Shown: positions 13,971 to 27,603, numbered from the stretch's first letter. The stretch is 64,000 bases of DNA from Felis catus (GCF_018350175.1 NC_058382.1:58902001-58966000); one strand, 5' to 3'. Notes: generated from the letters alone by a model not told the origin. Made by a program: numbers and translations.

Positions 13971-14315
13971 AGATAGATGTTTGGATGGATAGGTGGGTGG
14001 ATGGGTGGATGGATAGAGAGATGGATGGACGGATAGATGGACAGATACATGGATGGACGGACAGATGGAAAGATACATGGATGGATGGATTGATGGATGG
14101 ATGGACAGATGGGTGGGTGGGTGGGTGGATGGATGGATGGATGGATGGATGGGTGATTGGATGGTTGGAATGATAAACAGAGAGACAGATGGACAGATAG
14201 ATGGACAGATATATGGATGGATGGATGGATGGATGGATGGATGGATGGATGGATGTGTGGATAGGTGGTTGGATGGTTGGATGGATAGAGAGATGGATGG
14301 GCGGATAGATGGACA

Positions 14316-14348
<33 letters not shown>

Positions 14349-14470
14349 ATGGATGGATGGATGGATGGACGGATGGGTGGGTGGGTGGATGGATGGATGG
14401 GTGGATGGGTGGGTGGATGGGTGGAGGGATGGAGGGATGGATGGACAGACGGGTAGGTGGGTGGATGGAT
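13971..14470 (+). repeat. (GGAT)n/(GGGT)n tetranucleotide repeat, about 500 bp
   Basis: Read directly. It generates the spurious MDGW ORFs in the track. Confidence 0.97.
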
Positions 14471-17039
14471 TAATAATATTGCAAAAGTGTAATAAAAACC
14501 TGCTCAGAGTTTTTTTTTTTTAATTTTTGTTTTATTTTCATGCTTGAGAAAATGCAGTTTTAATTCTTGGAGGAGACAGAGGTGCAGACGGTTGGAGGCA
14601 CTGGCAGTCCCTGCAGGGCCGCTGTCCCAAGGAACTGCCCTACCGCTCACAGGCATGTGTTTTTATGAGAGAGTTAGATCAAGAAGAGCCATTTGCATTT
14701 CTGTACAGGCTCCACCGTATCAAACCCTTGAACAGAGACATTACGGTAAAATAAAGTAAGTCAGCCTCAGAAGAAAGCCATCTGATGTCTGCATAAAAAA
14801 ATAAAATGGGATGAAAGTTGATCTATGAGTGGTGGACAAAGGGACAGACAGATGGACAGGTGCCAGGTGTAAGCTGGAGAATGGGGTGGGGGGTGGCTAT
14901 GGGTGTCGCTGTTCAGCCTCCCAGTTTGAGCATTTCCATAATAAAAGCTGGGGAACACAATGACTCCCCCCCCACCCCCCCACCCCCCCAGCCACTAGAA
15001 TCCACAGCCTATCTTCTTCACAAAGAGCAAAGACTAATTTTCCCACAAGTCCTCTGGATCCTGGTGAGGGGAGTTGCAGACAGTAGCACCCAGGAAGGGG
15101 CCAAGGATGGCACCCAGGGGACAGCACAGCCTCGGCCCCGCTGAGGGGCTCCAGTGAGCCCACTTGGTGTCGGACCCTGCAGAGGGGAGGGCAGGGTGAG
15201 TGGGATTCAGCTTCTCCCCGGGCAAGTCCAGTCCTTTGTGGGGCAGCTCTGCTCCTGTACCTCCCTCTCCCTGGAGACCCCCAGGGTCCCTCTTTACCTG
15301 CCTAGAAATTTCTGGATTCTGACTCTGCCCATCAGGTTACCAAGGCAAGGCCAGATGCGTTTCTGTAGGTGCGATGCTAAAACCTTGAACGGAGGCACTT
15401 GGCTTAACGACTAGACGGACCCCGGAGGTGAAATCTAATGTCTGCAAAAGAAGTTAAAATTAAACGAGCTGTTTAGAAAGGTGGCTAGAGGGATGGGCAG
15501 ATGAACACAGGCCGGTTAAGTTAGCCTCCTGGGCACTCACTGCTTTAGGGCTGCTCTCTCTGGCTGAGTCCACTTTAGATTTAAAACAACCTATGTGGCG
15601 TCATGGTGAGGATTCCCTTTCAACACATGGGGAAACTGAGGCACGGTGAGAGGGTTTCGTTTGTTTGTTCTCTTGGTGGTGGTGGTTGTTTTCAGCAACA
15701 TGTGAGGATGACCAGTGGGTCCGGGCTGGCGTGGGGATTTGAACCCGGGCAGTCTTGCCCCCCGCTCCAGATGCCCAGCTTCGCCCAGGATTTGAGGCTA
15801 ACTCAACTTCTCTTGCTGAGGCTTATGGCTGAGCAAAGGGCACAGTGTGGCCAAAAGGCCTGCTCGGTTTCGGCCAGAAGCAGTGGCCCCAGGTGACGTC
15901 AGCCCCCTCCAGAGCCTGGTCACCCCTCCCCCCTCCTGCCTAGCACTGAGCTAAGCTCACCAGTGAGGCTGACACCGTGCTCCCTGCATGAAAAATCAAG
16001 ACCCCGGGGGATGGCGGTAGGCCGGGCCTCCAAGAGGCCTGAGCCCAGGGACCGTGGCCCCGGGGAGACCCGAGGTCCGCAACCACCCTGACAAATCTTA
16101 GTGGCAACACAGACGTCAGGGAGACTTCCTCCTCAGGCAGCGAGAGGAAGGCTCAAATGTGGGAGGTGAGTCACCATAAAAACCCATAGTAATAATAATG
16201 CCAGGCATGAACTCTCCTCTCTGCCAAGCCAAACAAGTGGCAGGGGTGGGGCGGGGGGGCGTGCTGTTATTTCAATTTATGGGTCTCTCAGCCCGTTTAT
16301 GAGGCCGCGTGGTCTGTACCCTAAGTGGGCAATATGGTCAATTCTATTATATCTGGGTCCCTTCCAGGCCTCAGTGGTTTGAAGGAAAAGACAACCTTAC
16401 AGAACAGTGGTGCCCTGCCCAACGTCCTCACATACAATTTTCTTCGATGACTCCAGATCTACCCGCTTTTCAGACGGCTGTCCGCCCCAGGGCTGTCCAT
16501 CAGCTATGGCCTTTCGCTCGGCCGCCGCGTGGACACGACTCAGCGTCCCTCTTAGCGCTGTTGGGGTCTCTGCTCGGGGATGGCCCTCTAGCTCACACCT
16601 TGTCAAGCCTGGCGGTACATCAGCATCCTCCAGGGAGCTCTAGGAGCTGGCGACGTGCCTGCGCTGACTGGCGGGTGTTGAACTCCAATGCTGCGGGGCT
16701 GGGCGCAGGGACTGGTATTTAAAAATAACCCCTCCCAAGCGGTACTAAGTGGAGGGGACGGGGAGCGGTCCTGACTCATGGGCCACAGAGTCGCCTGGGA
16801 GGGGGCGAGGACGAATATGCCCACCCCTGGCCGACCCCTGACCCAGCAGGTCTGCGGTGGGGCCTGCAAATCGACACCTTTTAGAGCAGCTTCCATGCAG
16901 GTGCAGGCACAGCGTTCGGGAAACACCGCCTGACCAGCGTGCCCTTCCCCAGCACTGGGAGCATCCCCTGCAAGGGAGGGGACATAGTCTGGTACCAACC
17001 TCCTTGCTCTCACCCTAGGCCTCCCCCGTCGCCCTCAGA

Positions 17040-17235
17040 GGAGGGTTTCCAAACGAGGTCCCTGACTGCAGCATCGGGGGCACCGGGGAACTTGCTAGAA
17101 AGGCCGGTTCGTGGGCGCCCCCCAAAACCTACCAAATCAGAAATTTTGGGGGTGGGAGGCAGCCTTCTGTTTTAGCAAGCCACACCACTACCACCAGCCT
17201 ATCCGGAGGCAGGCCCCAGTTGGTGAAGACCAAAA
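17040..17235 (+). mobile_element. MER5A-like DNA transposon
   Basis: GGAACTTGCTAGAAA...AATCAGAAATTTTGGGGGTGGG...CTGTTTTAGCAAGCC resembles the MER5A consensus. Confidence 0.65.
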
Positions 17236-17819
17236 CCGGGATTTCCTGAAGACGCGTCCCCACCACCAGCTGTGTGACCTTGGATAGGACGTTTACTGTC
17301 TCTGACCCCATTTCTGTAAGAGAACGTTGCGCTTTCGCGGGTGTATAGAGCCCTTCAGAGCTGGCGCCTTCGCCACTTTGACTCAAGGTTTAAGAAGCTG
17401 AAATCCAGGGACGGGGCAACATGGGTTTTGTTATCCCCTGCCCGAGTTCAGTGAGGAAACTGAGGCTCAGGGAACAGCAACGTGACCTTACCGGCTGCAC
17501 CATGCCCCAGGCCACAGGAAGTGGGTGGAGACATCAGAGGTCCCCTGACACCAGCCCCCGAGCTGCGCCTGGAGGTAGGGCGGGAATCTGGGCTTTTGCC
17601 TTCGGTGGTTTTCGCTAAGATGTTCACGCAGTGGATCAAACAGGGGTGGCTGACCTTTGGGATGGGGCCAGGCTCTCCTACAGGGGCTGTTCGCTCCCAC
17701 CACATCCACCGTGGGCACGGGATTACAAGCGCAGTCGCCTCACGGGGACCCTGGCAGAAAGGCCACCGTGTCGTCCTGCTGGGGGATGTGGGTGGAAGCG
17801 CACCTCCATAATGATTTCC

Positions 17820-18180
17820 CTGGCCCCGGGCGGCGGCCGGGTAAGGCAAGTGGGGCCTCGGGTCCAAAATTTAAATGGATGCTCCAAAACTCAAAAATAA
17901 TACCCCCAAAATCCACGACGAACAAAATATCGAATTTCAAGTGAAGGCAGGATCTGGTCCTGAACTTGTACAACACTGCTTCACTCACCCCACCCTAATC
18001 TTGGCCCCCTGGTTCCAATAAAACTTTATTTATAAAAACAGGCCAGGCAGCAGGCAGTAGTCTGCTGGCTTTTTTTTTTTTTTTTTTTTTTATATTATAC
18101 TAAAATATTAGCTTACCTGGCTGGATTACCCAGAGTTTTGGCATTTCTGAAGTTTTGCACCCAGACCTGCCCCTGCCGCG
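17820..18180. mobile_element. hAT DNA-transposon remnants (MER96-like plus a MER58-like end)
   Basis: GGTAAGGCAAGTGGGGCCTCGGGTCCAAAATTTAA...CAAAACTCA and CCAATAAAACTTTATTTATAAAAACAGG resemble recalled MER96 and MER58 consensus pieces. Confidence 0.5.
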
Positions 18181-21100
18181 CATGCTCCGATGAACCTGCC
18201 CTGGCCTGAAACGTCCCACTGAGACACGCTCCTGAGCCCATGAGCCAGAGTCTCAAGGTGCTGGGTGCCCCCGCAGCCCCAGGGAGCCCGGCTGCCCTGG
18301 GAGGCTCCCCATTTTCCCCTCACTTGGAGGGACTGCACACTCACATTGCTGCTGACGGGGCAGGGACTCTGCCAAGGTTATTTGCATCAAGGTCTTTTCA
18401 ACTTTAATGGTGTATGACATTTTTGAGACAAAATACGGTTCAGCTAATCATATTTTAATAGCTCTGCCTTTATAAGCAGCCTGACTTGGGGTGCATACAG
18501 TAATATTTTAATTTCTGAGCCCTGATGAACATCATTCTAACAGGTATTCAATTTCCCCACTTATAAATTTTGCTCTCAGATGCTGGATGCCAGGGAACTC
18601 TACGGAACAACTATACAAATATAATATTTAATATTGGATGTCAGTTTGGGTGTTCCACTCAATTTCCTGGAAAGAGCTCGAAACTCCTCTCATTTTGGGC
18701 AGAATATCCAATCAGTTCCATACTCTGAGACCCGGCCCGGACTGCCATGTAATACCACATAACTGAGTTCTCTAATTTCTGAAATGCAAATTTGGAGCAG
18801 ATGTAGGGAAAGTGTGTCATTTATTTCCAAACGCAACAGTTATCAGGCCGAGCAACCACGAGGGATAATTAGCAGGGGCCGGGTTCAAGAGCCAGACCCC
18901 CCTCGACCAGGGTACTTGCTGGGCGAGGCACCCTGTCCCAGCGGGAAGGCATGTGGGGGCCGCAGGCTTGTGCCTCGTGGGCAGGTGGGCAGCACGCGGC
19001 CCCACCCCTCGTCTCAAACACGAGCCGTCTGAAGCTCAGGGTGGGTCTTTGGTTACCCACGTGGCCATCCCGGCTGCAGCCCCGCCTCACCCGCTCCCTC
19101 GGTCCAGCCCGCTCAGCTTGGGGACCGCTCGGTCCTTGGAGACCCCAAGGTGACGCCTTCTTAGCGGCTCTGACGTGTGCAGGCAGCTGAGAAAGAGCTC
19201 CAGGGATGCGGAGGCCGTGCAGAAGCAACGCCACGGGCAGCGGGGGCCCAGGAGCAGCCTCGGTGGTGCCAGGGGAGGGGCCTCTCTGGGCCGGGGGGCG
19301 TCTTTTCCGCGATGACCCTCACGGACTCCCCACCCCCCACGATGATGTCAACAGGGAGGAAGTTACGAGACAAGGTACTTCGGGCCTCCCGTGCCTGACA
19401 CCGGGGCACGTGCCATTTTTGGTGCAGGCGTGAAGGAGGCAAAAGGACAGGCCCTTCTGGGGGACCTAGTAAGGACACCAGGGACGTGGAAGGCAGGAGG
19501 CCTCGGTCTCGACCCAGCAGTCCTGGGACTACTGGTGACGCGGGCCCCCCCCCCGCCTCAGTTTCCCCTTCTGTCGGGGCAGGAGGTTGGACACTGTCGC
19601 TGCTAAGTCCTTCCAGCTCTCAGGGGAGTTCTCTCTGGGCTACCAGGGCGGGTTTGGAGGTGCAGACACAGCCGGGGGCGGTGCGGGGGGGGGCAGCGCG
19701 GGTCCTTTGCGTGCTTGGGCCCCAAGTAGAGCTGAAGGAGCCACAGCTGTGACGCCATACGGGAGGGGGGAAGTGTGTGGGTGGTTCCGGCCTTTCCTGC
19801 CTCTTCCGTTCCCCGTCCGGCCAAGTACAGGAGCATCTTCCCTCTCCCTCTGCCGGAGAGTGCCAAAACCCCTCCACTCTGCCCTTCCCTCCTTCCAGAC
19901 GCCCAGCAGCCAGACCTCCACCGCAAGGAGCCTCGCTGTGGGAAGCAAGCCGGCCCAAGCGCCCCTGCCCTCTGGGGGGTCTTCCGCTAACTGAGTTGTA
20001 GGAGATGATCCTGCCGCGCAGCTGGCTGCAAGGCTGGGCCCCAGGGACACGGGATCAATGAAATGCAGACCCCTTCAGCGGGGTTACCTGCTGAAACTCG
20101 GCCAACCCGGACCCGGACCCAGAAGTGGGAGAGGGCCTCGGGCACCTAGAGGGGCGGAGGGCAGGAGAAGCAATCAGGGAAGTCCCCCGGACCCCTGGTG
20201 GGCTCCCGGGACCCTGCCTCCCCCGCAGGCCTCCTCACGCCCGGCCCCCATGCGGCCCTGAGGTCAAAGCTGCCAGACCCTCTTTGCCCGTCCGATGTGA
20301 CGAACGCTGCTCGCCAGCAGCTCGGCGGCAAGGCCCGGCGGGGGGGCCCCCACCAGAGGTGCACCTCGCATCCAGGCTCCGCGGCCGGCGTGCACTCACT
20401 CACTCCAACATCACCTACTTACTGAGGACCTCTGACAATCCTGGCTCTGAACTGAGCATTAGGAGAGCACAGACCCCCTCCGGCCCCCCATGTCTGCCAT
20501 CCCCCTCCGTGGGAACAGGGCCCATGTTCACTTGGGCGTGTGACCACCCAGGATTAAAACTCCACCCCCAGCGTCCCTTGCAGCTAGAGGTGGCCATGTG
20601 ATTACGATCTAAGCAGAGTGTGGTGGACCCTCTGTCCTTTCCTCTCACAGGTCTTCTTTTCTGCTGGCTGGAATGCAGATGTGATGGCTGGTGCTGAAGT
20701 GGCCATCCTGAGCAAAGGTGGCTTTGGGCCAAGAGGCAACACGCGGTGGATTAGACAGAAGAAGCCATGTCCTGAAGACATTTCGGAGGAGAGGCACTGC
20801 TACTTCCCTGACCTGTCTTCCCCCAGACTTTGTTGTGAAAAAGAAAAAAAAACAAAACAAAACCTAGGTTTCTCTTGCTTTCACCTGAACATAATCCAAA
20901 CCCACACAACAGGTAGTGACACGACATCGGGGAACATACAGGACTGGCTGTGCAGAGGGGCCCCATGGCCTGGTCTGGGAGGGGGACCAGAGGAGGCCTC
21001 GCCCAGGAGGCTGCTCGTGTGTCGGCCTGGGGAAGGCAGGTGGCGGTGGCATTTCAGAGAGAAGGCAGGCCGGAGGAAGCGCAGCATGTTTGGGAAGCAC

Positions 21101-21889
21101 TGGGTCCTTCGGGGAGGTGGGGGACCTCCACACGGAACATGTGAAACCCAAGGGAGGCCTTAAAAAGATGTCCTCCTCCGCTCAGGGAGAGAGGCTCATC
21201 GCTCGTAACACCACGCAAGGTCACGTGGCCTCCAGGGCTGAAGCTCCGCCTTCTGATTTTGAAGACACGTGACAAGGGCTCACGTGCAAAGTCACAGCTG
21301 TCGAGGTCAGCCTCCGGGAGCGCCTCTCGGGTCGGTTCTCGCCGACTTGCCTCCTGCCCCCTTAGCCCTGTGGTCCAGTGTCCCACGGCCGGATGGATGG
21401 TCAGCACCTCCTGTCCTTAGGTTCGGACAACCCCACTGCCCAGGTCCGTGATGCAGACGGGAGTCCTCAGGCACCAGATGTGCTGTCTAAGGGGAGGGGT
21501 CCAGCCCGCGGGGCCGGCGAGCCAGCTTTGGAGCGGCAGCAGACTTCCCGGCCCGTGTGGTCACCCTGTGTCCTGTGGCCATGCCACCTTTCTGAGCAGA
21601 CAGCACTCCCAGAGGCTGCCTGCGTTCTCAAAGAACCGCGGGTGTGGTCCGCTCGCGTGGGAAGGCTGGCTCCCGAGTCTGTGGCCCGTGGTGAATACGA
21701 AAACCTGGGCTGGGGCGCGGCCACCCCTGGGGGCTGAGGTGGGTATGGTCATCGTTTCACAGATAAGAGGCTGCCTCACGGCCACCAAGGGCCACAGGCA
21801 GACGCTGTGGGACTGAGACCCAGGCCACTACCTGCTGTGCCAGAGCGGGACTCTACATCACCCCGTGCATTTAAACACGGGGATGACTT

Positions 21890-22093
21890 GGGGTGCCTGG
21901 GTGGTTCAGTCAGTTATGCGGCCGACTTCAGCTCAGGTCATGATCTCGCGGTCTGTGGGTTCGAGCCCCGCGTCGGGCTCTGTGCTGGCAGCTCGGAGTC
22001 TGGAGCCCGTTTCAGATTCTGCATCTCCCTCTCTCTCTGCCCCTCCCCTGCTTGCTCTCTGTCTCTTTCTCAAATAATAAACATTAAAAAAAA
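21890..22093 (+). mobile_element. Can-SINE (SINEC_Fc-like)
   Basis: tRNA-derived head, GCTCAGGTCATGATCTC, (CT)n and A tail. GGGGATGAC is repeated on both flanks. Confidence 0.92.
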
Positions 22094-25000
22094 CCTTTTT
22101 TTAAGTGGGGATGACAATGGCCGGTACATGCTGATTCTCACCGCCAACGCGAAGGTGCCGCCGCGGGCTCGCCAAGCCTTGCTGCCCTGTGAAATGCCTC
22201 TGGAGCCCACGGCCTGGGAGCAAGCGGAGGGGGCTGTGTCCTCTGCGGCATATCACGTCCTCCCGCTGGAACGAGGAGATGTGATTTGCAGCTCCCCTCG
22301 CCGGGACCTGATCTCACACATGCAGGGCAGCTCCCACGGGGGACGTGGCACCCAGGGACCAAGCAGCTGAAATCCGGAGACACAGGTGGCTGTGTGACAC
22401 CGCCCGGCACCCGGCACCCATCCGTCCGGCGACGTCACCGGCTGCTGGCGCGCATTCTGTCACTCAGACAGAAGAGAAGCTCCCTGCGTACAGGACTCTC
22501 TGGTGCCGCCTGGTTTCCCGTCGCGCGTTCTGGTTCTTGCCAGAGAGCAGAGCTCAGCACGCGTAGAACTGGAACAGTCACTCGCGCGAAGATGGGCGGG
22601 AGCTCCCATGGGTCAACATCAACGCCCAGGCCTCCTGCCTCCGAGCTCGCCCGGGCCAGCAGGCAGCGGCCAAGCGCACCGGGGAGGCCCAGAGGGCTCA
22701 AGACGACCGCTGCCCCCGGAGCCCTCCCTGGCCAGAGCGCAGCTCCGCGGGCAGCCGCCCCAAGACCCTCTCCGGGGAAGACGTGATCCGGCACCGTCGA
22801 GAAGCAGGGACGCGTGGCTGAGCTCAGGCCACTAAGGATGCATTTTTCCTTTCGTGGATTATTAAATTACATGCATGTTTAACCAAAGACCATGATCTCC
22901 TCGGCTGGTTTTGGACGACGTATTTAGGAGAGGTATTTCAATTCCGTTGACAGCTCACAACTAAAAACCCAAACATCATTTTTGATGTTCAGGCGGTTTC
23001 TTCCGCAGAAGAAACACACTGTGGCGTGCGACAATCATTTCTCCGCCATTTGTGCTTTAGATGTACTTAGAGGTGGGTTTATTTGGTTTTCGACTACGTT
23101 TTTTTTGCTGAAAAATCAGGATCACGTGTATAATCTCCAAGGGCGGGATAATCCCAGCTGGGATGTGACTTTGGCAAACGTTCCAACTGGTTTAGCATCG
23201 ACAGATGGCATCCATGGGGGGGGGGGAGCGAGGGCGGTTCACAATTTTATACTTTGCAAAAGATAGCTTTTTGTTGTCCCCCATATTGTTAGAAACAAAC
23301 TACTTTTTTATTTGAAAAAAAAAAAAAAAAAAAAAGAAAAAGCCGTGTCCTTTTATGGGAAAACTAGCTCAGCTCTGTGTATATGACTCCACATGAAAGC
23401 CGTTTGGCCTTCATTTGCGGCTGCCTGATTACAAAGACAAGATCTTTAATTAAAATTGGTTTGGTTTGTGTATTTCTTTCAAAGGAAACCATCGAAATAG
23501 CATTTGTGACTCATTACCTTCTTAACAGGGATGTTATCCTATTTGCCTCGTTACTTAGCCGGTTTTGATGGAGACGCTGACCTTGAAATACAAGGAGACG
23601 TGCCAAGAAGGAGCCTGGTCCGCACCCTGATGTTGGCTCGGGGGCCCTGGGACCTCAACCCGGGGAGCGGGTCTTGGCGAGATCATTTTCCGAGGGCATG
23701 TGAACCTCTGGGTCTTACCCGAGTTCAGGAGGACTGGGCTGAGGTTTCGGCAGACCCGCCGGCGTGTTCCGGGTGGGCCCGGGGCTGAGGCGTCGGGGCT
23801 GCTGCCGCTGGGCCTGGCTGCGAGGCGAGAGAACGCAGCGGCGGATTTCCTCATTACCCCACAAGTCCAGGGTGTGTTTGGGATCACAGGGCTTTCGGGA
23901 ACTGTTTCCAGCCGAGGAGCAAGACTGCCTAGATCCGAAAGGCTGTCTAACATGCTAGCAAAATTAGTGCTTAGCAATATTCTTGAGAATTCTGTGGTTT
24001 GGGCGTTTTGCGTTTTTTCCTCTGCCAAAACAAGTTTGCTAACTTCTCTGCCTCAGAGAAAAGCAAAGGGGCTCCGAGCCACGCGCACGTCTCATGCTGG
24101 CGGCGTCCCGTGTCAGCACGATCCCGGAGGCACGCGGGTAGGAAGCCAGGCTGCACCCCGGCTTTTGTCGACAGGGTGACCTGGCCTCCCCCGCCTGATC
24201 CAGCACCTGCCTCTCCCACGGACCCAGCCCGTTTACAAATTGCACGGGGTGAAACGGAATCTCTGATCTTTCTAAGTGTGCGCGGTATTTTCCGCCCGGG
24301 CAAGGCTGGCCGCGCTGCAGTTCCAGAGCCGGGTAATGACGGCAACGAAGCGAACACCTGGTGAGCACATACCAGGTGCCTGTCTGAATACGCGGGCCGC
24401 GTTCACGGATGGGTTCAATCTTCACGATAACCTGGAGCCAGACTGATTGCTGGGATTGAACGCCGGCTCCCCTGGGCTGCGCGACCTTGGCCAAGTTACT
24501 TAACCTCTCTGTGCCTCAGAAAGATTGACCACGGGGTACGTGATGCGACCGATCTCGTCCCGACGTCAAGTAAAGGGGATTAAACATGCAGCGCTCTTAC
24601 GAGTTGTGCTGAGGACAGAATAAGCGCCCGCTTGACACGTCAGCTGTCACCGCCCTGACGCCCTAAACCACAGTCGTCACCCAAAGGCGCACAGTGAATC
24701 AGTAGAGCTGGGAGCCCAGGCGGCGTCTCGCTAGACCGCGGCGCCCAGCACAGAAGCCGTAGCTGCCTAACGCCACCGCCAGTTCGCAGGGTATTTGCGC
24801 AAAAGGCCTCCTCGCGCCGATGTTGGCTGCCGGGCTGCTGGGGGAGGCCGCGTGCGAGCGTCGCGAATCCTGAGTCTCCCGGAGGGCAGGACCCGCGTCG
24901 GAGGCCGGTGCCTGCAGCAGGGGGACGACGTGAAGTGAGGAGTGTTCGCGGTCTCCCCCCCCCCCCCCCCCGCGCAGGGAGAGGCAGCACTTTGTAACGG

Positions 25001-25518
25001 CCGATGGGGGCGCCGGCCCAGCACCCCCAACGGGGCTGGCTGACCTCACAGGCGCGCCCCGCGGCCGTCCCAGGGGAGCCCGGCCGCGCTGGCAAGAACA
25101 CAGCACCGAGACAGTGTCGTGGGGGACGGTGACATTGCGCTAGAGAGTACGTCACGCGCTACCCTTGTGCAGGGGCGGGGGGGGAGGGGAGGGAACAGAA
25201 ACATGCATTTGCACTTTCTCTTATGTGCACACAGAAGCCCTGGAGGAATAAAAGGGGCTCTCTTGGGGGGGGGGGTGAGGTGACAAAAATTGGACAGACG
25301 GGGCACAGAAACGGGAGGAAGCCGTGCGTACACGTCGTGTTGGTATTTATACCTGCAGCACACAGGCAGTACGTACGCGTTACATGTTGCATATGTAGTA
25401 ATTAATATATATACACGTTTATTTTAATCTTTGTGAACGCGGAAATGTGTCCACACCTGATAACAGTGCTTCAAAACATCGCGAGGCAGAAGTTTATAGT
25501 TTAAAAAAAAAAAGGAGT

Positions 25519-26166
25519 GGAGAAGCGGGAAGCCTCTTGCACTGTTGGTGGGAATGCAAACGGGTGCAGCCGCTCTGGAAAACAGTGTGGAGGCTCCTCA
25601 AAAAATTAAAAATAGATCCACCCTATGACCCAGCAATAGCACTGCTAGGAATTCACCCAAGGGATCCAGGAATGCTGATGCATAGGGGCACTTGTACCCC
25701 AATGTTTATAGCAGCGCTTTCAACAATAGCCAAATTATGGAAAGAGCCTAAATGTCCATCAACTGATGAATGGATAAAGAAGACGTGGTTTATCTATACA
25801 ATGGAATACTACGTGGCAATGAGAAAGAATGAAATCTGGCCTTTTGTAGCAACGTGGATGGAACTGGAGAGTGTTAAGTGAAGTAAGTCATGCAGAGAAA
25901 GACAGATACCATATGTTTTCACTCTTATGTGGATCCTGAGAAACTTAACATAAGTCTATGGGGGAGGGGAAGAAAAAAAAAAGAGGTTAGAGAGGGAGAC
26001 AGCCAAAGTATGAGACTCTTAAAAACTGAGAACAAACTGAGGGTTGATGGGGGATGGGAGGGGGGGAAGGGGGGTGATGGGTATTGAGGAGGGCACCTTT
26101 TGGGATGAGCACTGGGTGTTGTGTGGAAACCAATTTGACAATAAATTTCATATTGAAAAAAAAAAA
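25519..26166 (+). mobile_element. 5'-truncated carnivore/feline L1: ORF2 C-terminal remnant, 3'UTR and poly(A)
   Basis: Translation [38 protein letters not shown]...[30 protein letters not shown] matches the L1 ORF2 C-terminus. G-rich 3'UTR, AATAAA and poly(A). TSD AAAAAGGAGT at 25509-25518 and 26162-26171. Confidence 0.93.
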
Positions 26167-26720
26167 GGAGTAACAGAAAGTCCATTGTCTTAGTTGGAGA
26201 TTCAAGAATCCCACTCTCAGATAGAATGAGTAGGCAAAAGAAATGAGTAAAAACATAAAAGGTCGGAGCAAACCCGTCACCACCTTGACCTAGCCGACCC
26301 TGTAGAATACTCAGCGGCAGGGCGCACTGCCTACTTCTGGGCGCACAGGAAATACCACCCAGAAAGACCACGCGCCGTGCCACGAGAGGAGCCACAACAG
26401 CACACCGTGGGGAGCTCAGCGTGCAGACGCTGCTCCCTGTGTCAGTGGGCTTTGATTAGAAACAAACCACAGGAAGATGCCTGGGGAACAATCACAACCC
26501 ACTTGGAACTCAAGCTCAAGGAACACGCTTCCAAATAATCCAAGGGTCACGGGAGTCACAGGGGGGATTACAAAATTATTTGCAAAGGAGGGCGATGAAG
26601 GTGAGCGTGGTCCGATCTGCAGCGTGCAGCCAAAGCGACCCTTAGAGAGAAATTCATAGCTTCGGTGCCACAGTCTGAAGTTACTGGCCTCAGCATCCAT
26701 GTTAGAGGGCTAGATAATGA

Positions 26721-26940
26721 GAGGCGCCTGGGTGGCTCAGTCGGTTAAGCATCTGACTCTTGATCCGAGCTCAGGACATGATCTCACGGTTTTGTGAGTT
26801 CGAGCCCCACATCGGGTTCCATGCTGACAGAGCCTGTTTGGAATTCTCTGTCTCTCCCAATCTTTCTCCCCCTCCCCTGCTCATGCTGTCTCTGTCTCTC
26901 TCTCAAAAAATAAATAACCTTAAAAAAAAAAACTAAAAAG
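26721..26940 (+). mobile_element. Can-SINE
   Basis: GGCGCCTGGGTGGCTCAGTCGGTTAAGCATCTGACTCTTGA head, CT-rich body and A tail. Confidence 0.92.
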
Positions 26941-27369
26941 AAAGACAGCTAGAAAACGAGTAAGTTAAAACACAAAGTTAGAAGATGAAAATAAAGATGA
27001 GAACAGAAATCAAGAAAATGAAAACCAAGTAACGTAAAAAAAATCAAAACCAGAAGTCTTTTCTTTGAAAAGATAAAATACAATTGATAAGCCTCTAGTT
27101 CAGTGATCAGGCAGAAAACAGAGAACGCAGAAACAATTGATATCAATTATTAGTAGTAAATAAAGATTATTAATTCAGTGGGGGAAGAACGGTTGTCCTA
27201 ACAAATGCCGCTGGAACTGGATGTCCTTAGGGAGAAACAAGTGACTCTTGACATCTGTGTGACCTCAGGCACGGACTGTATCTGAGATGGACCGTGCACC
27301 TGAACATAGGCACGTTTTGCGCACGGCACAATTTGGTAGAGAGGACACACAGCGTCCCAACGAGGGATT

Positions 27370-27603
27370 TATTTTTTTAATTTTTTTAATTTTTTTTTTC
27401 CATTTGTTTATTTTTTGAGAGACATAGAGAGACAGAGCACAAGTTGGGGAGGGGCAGAGAGAGAAGGAGACACAGAATCCGAAGCAGGCTCCGGGCCGTG
27501 AGCTGTCAGCACAGAACCCGACGCGGGGCTCGAACTCACAAACTGTGAGATCATGACCTGAGCCGAAGTCAGACGCTTAACTGACTGGGCCACCGAGGCG
27601 CCC
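27370..27603 (-). mobile_element. Can-SINE (SINEC_Fc-like), young
   Basis: Reverse-complement SINE with a T-rich tail. Perfect 14-bp TSD CCCAACGAGGGATT at 27356-27369 and 27604-27617. Confidence 0.95.

Noticed and set aside
13958..14523. MDGW-repeat ORFs
   Set aside because: Translation of the (GGAT)n microsatellite.
25447..25881. 144-aa ORF with clear protein-like sequence
   Set aside because: It is the L1 ORF2 C-terminal remnant of a truncated insertion, not a host gene.
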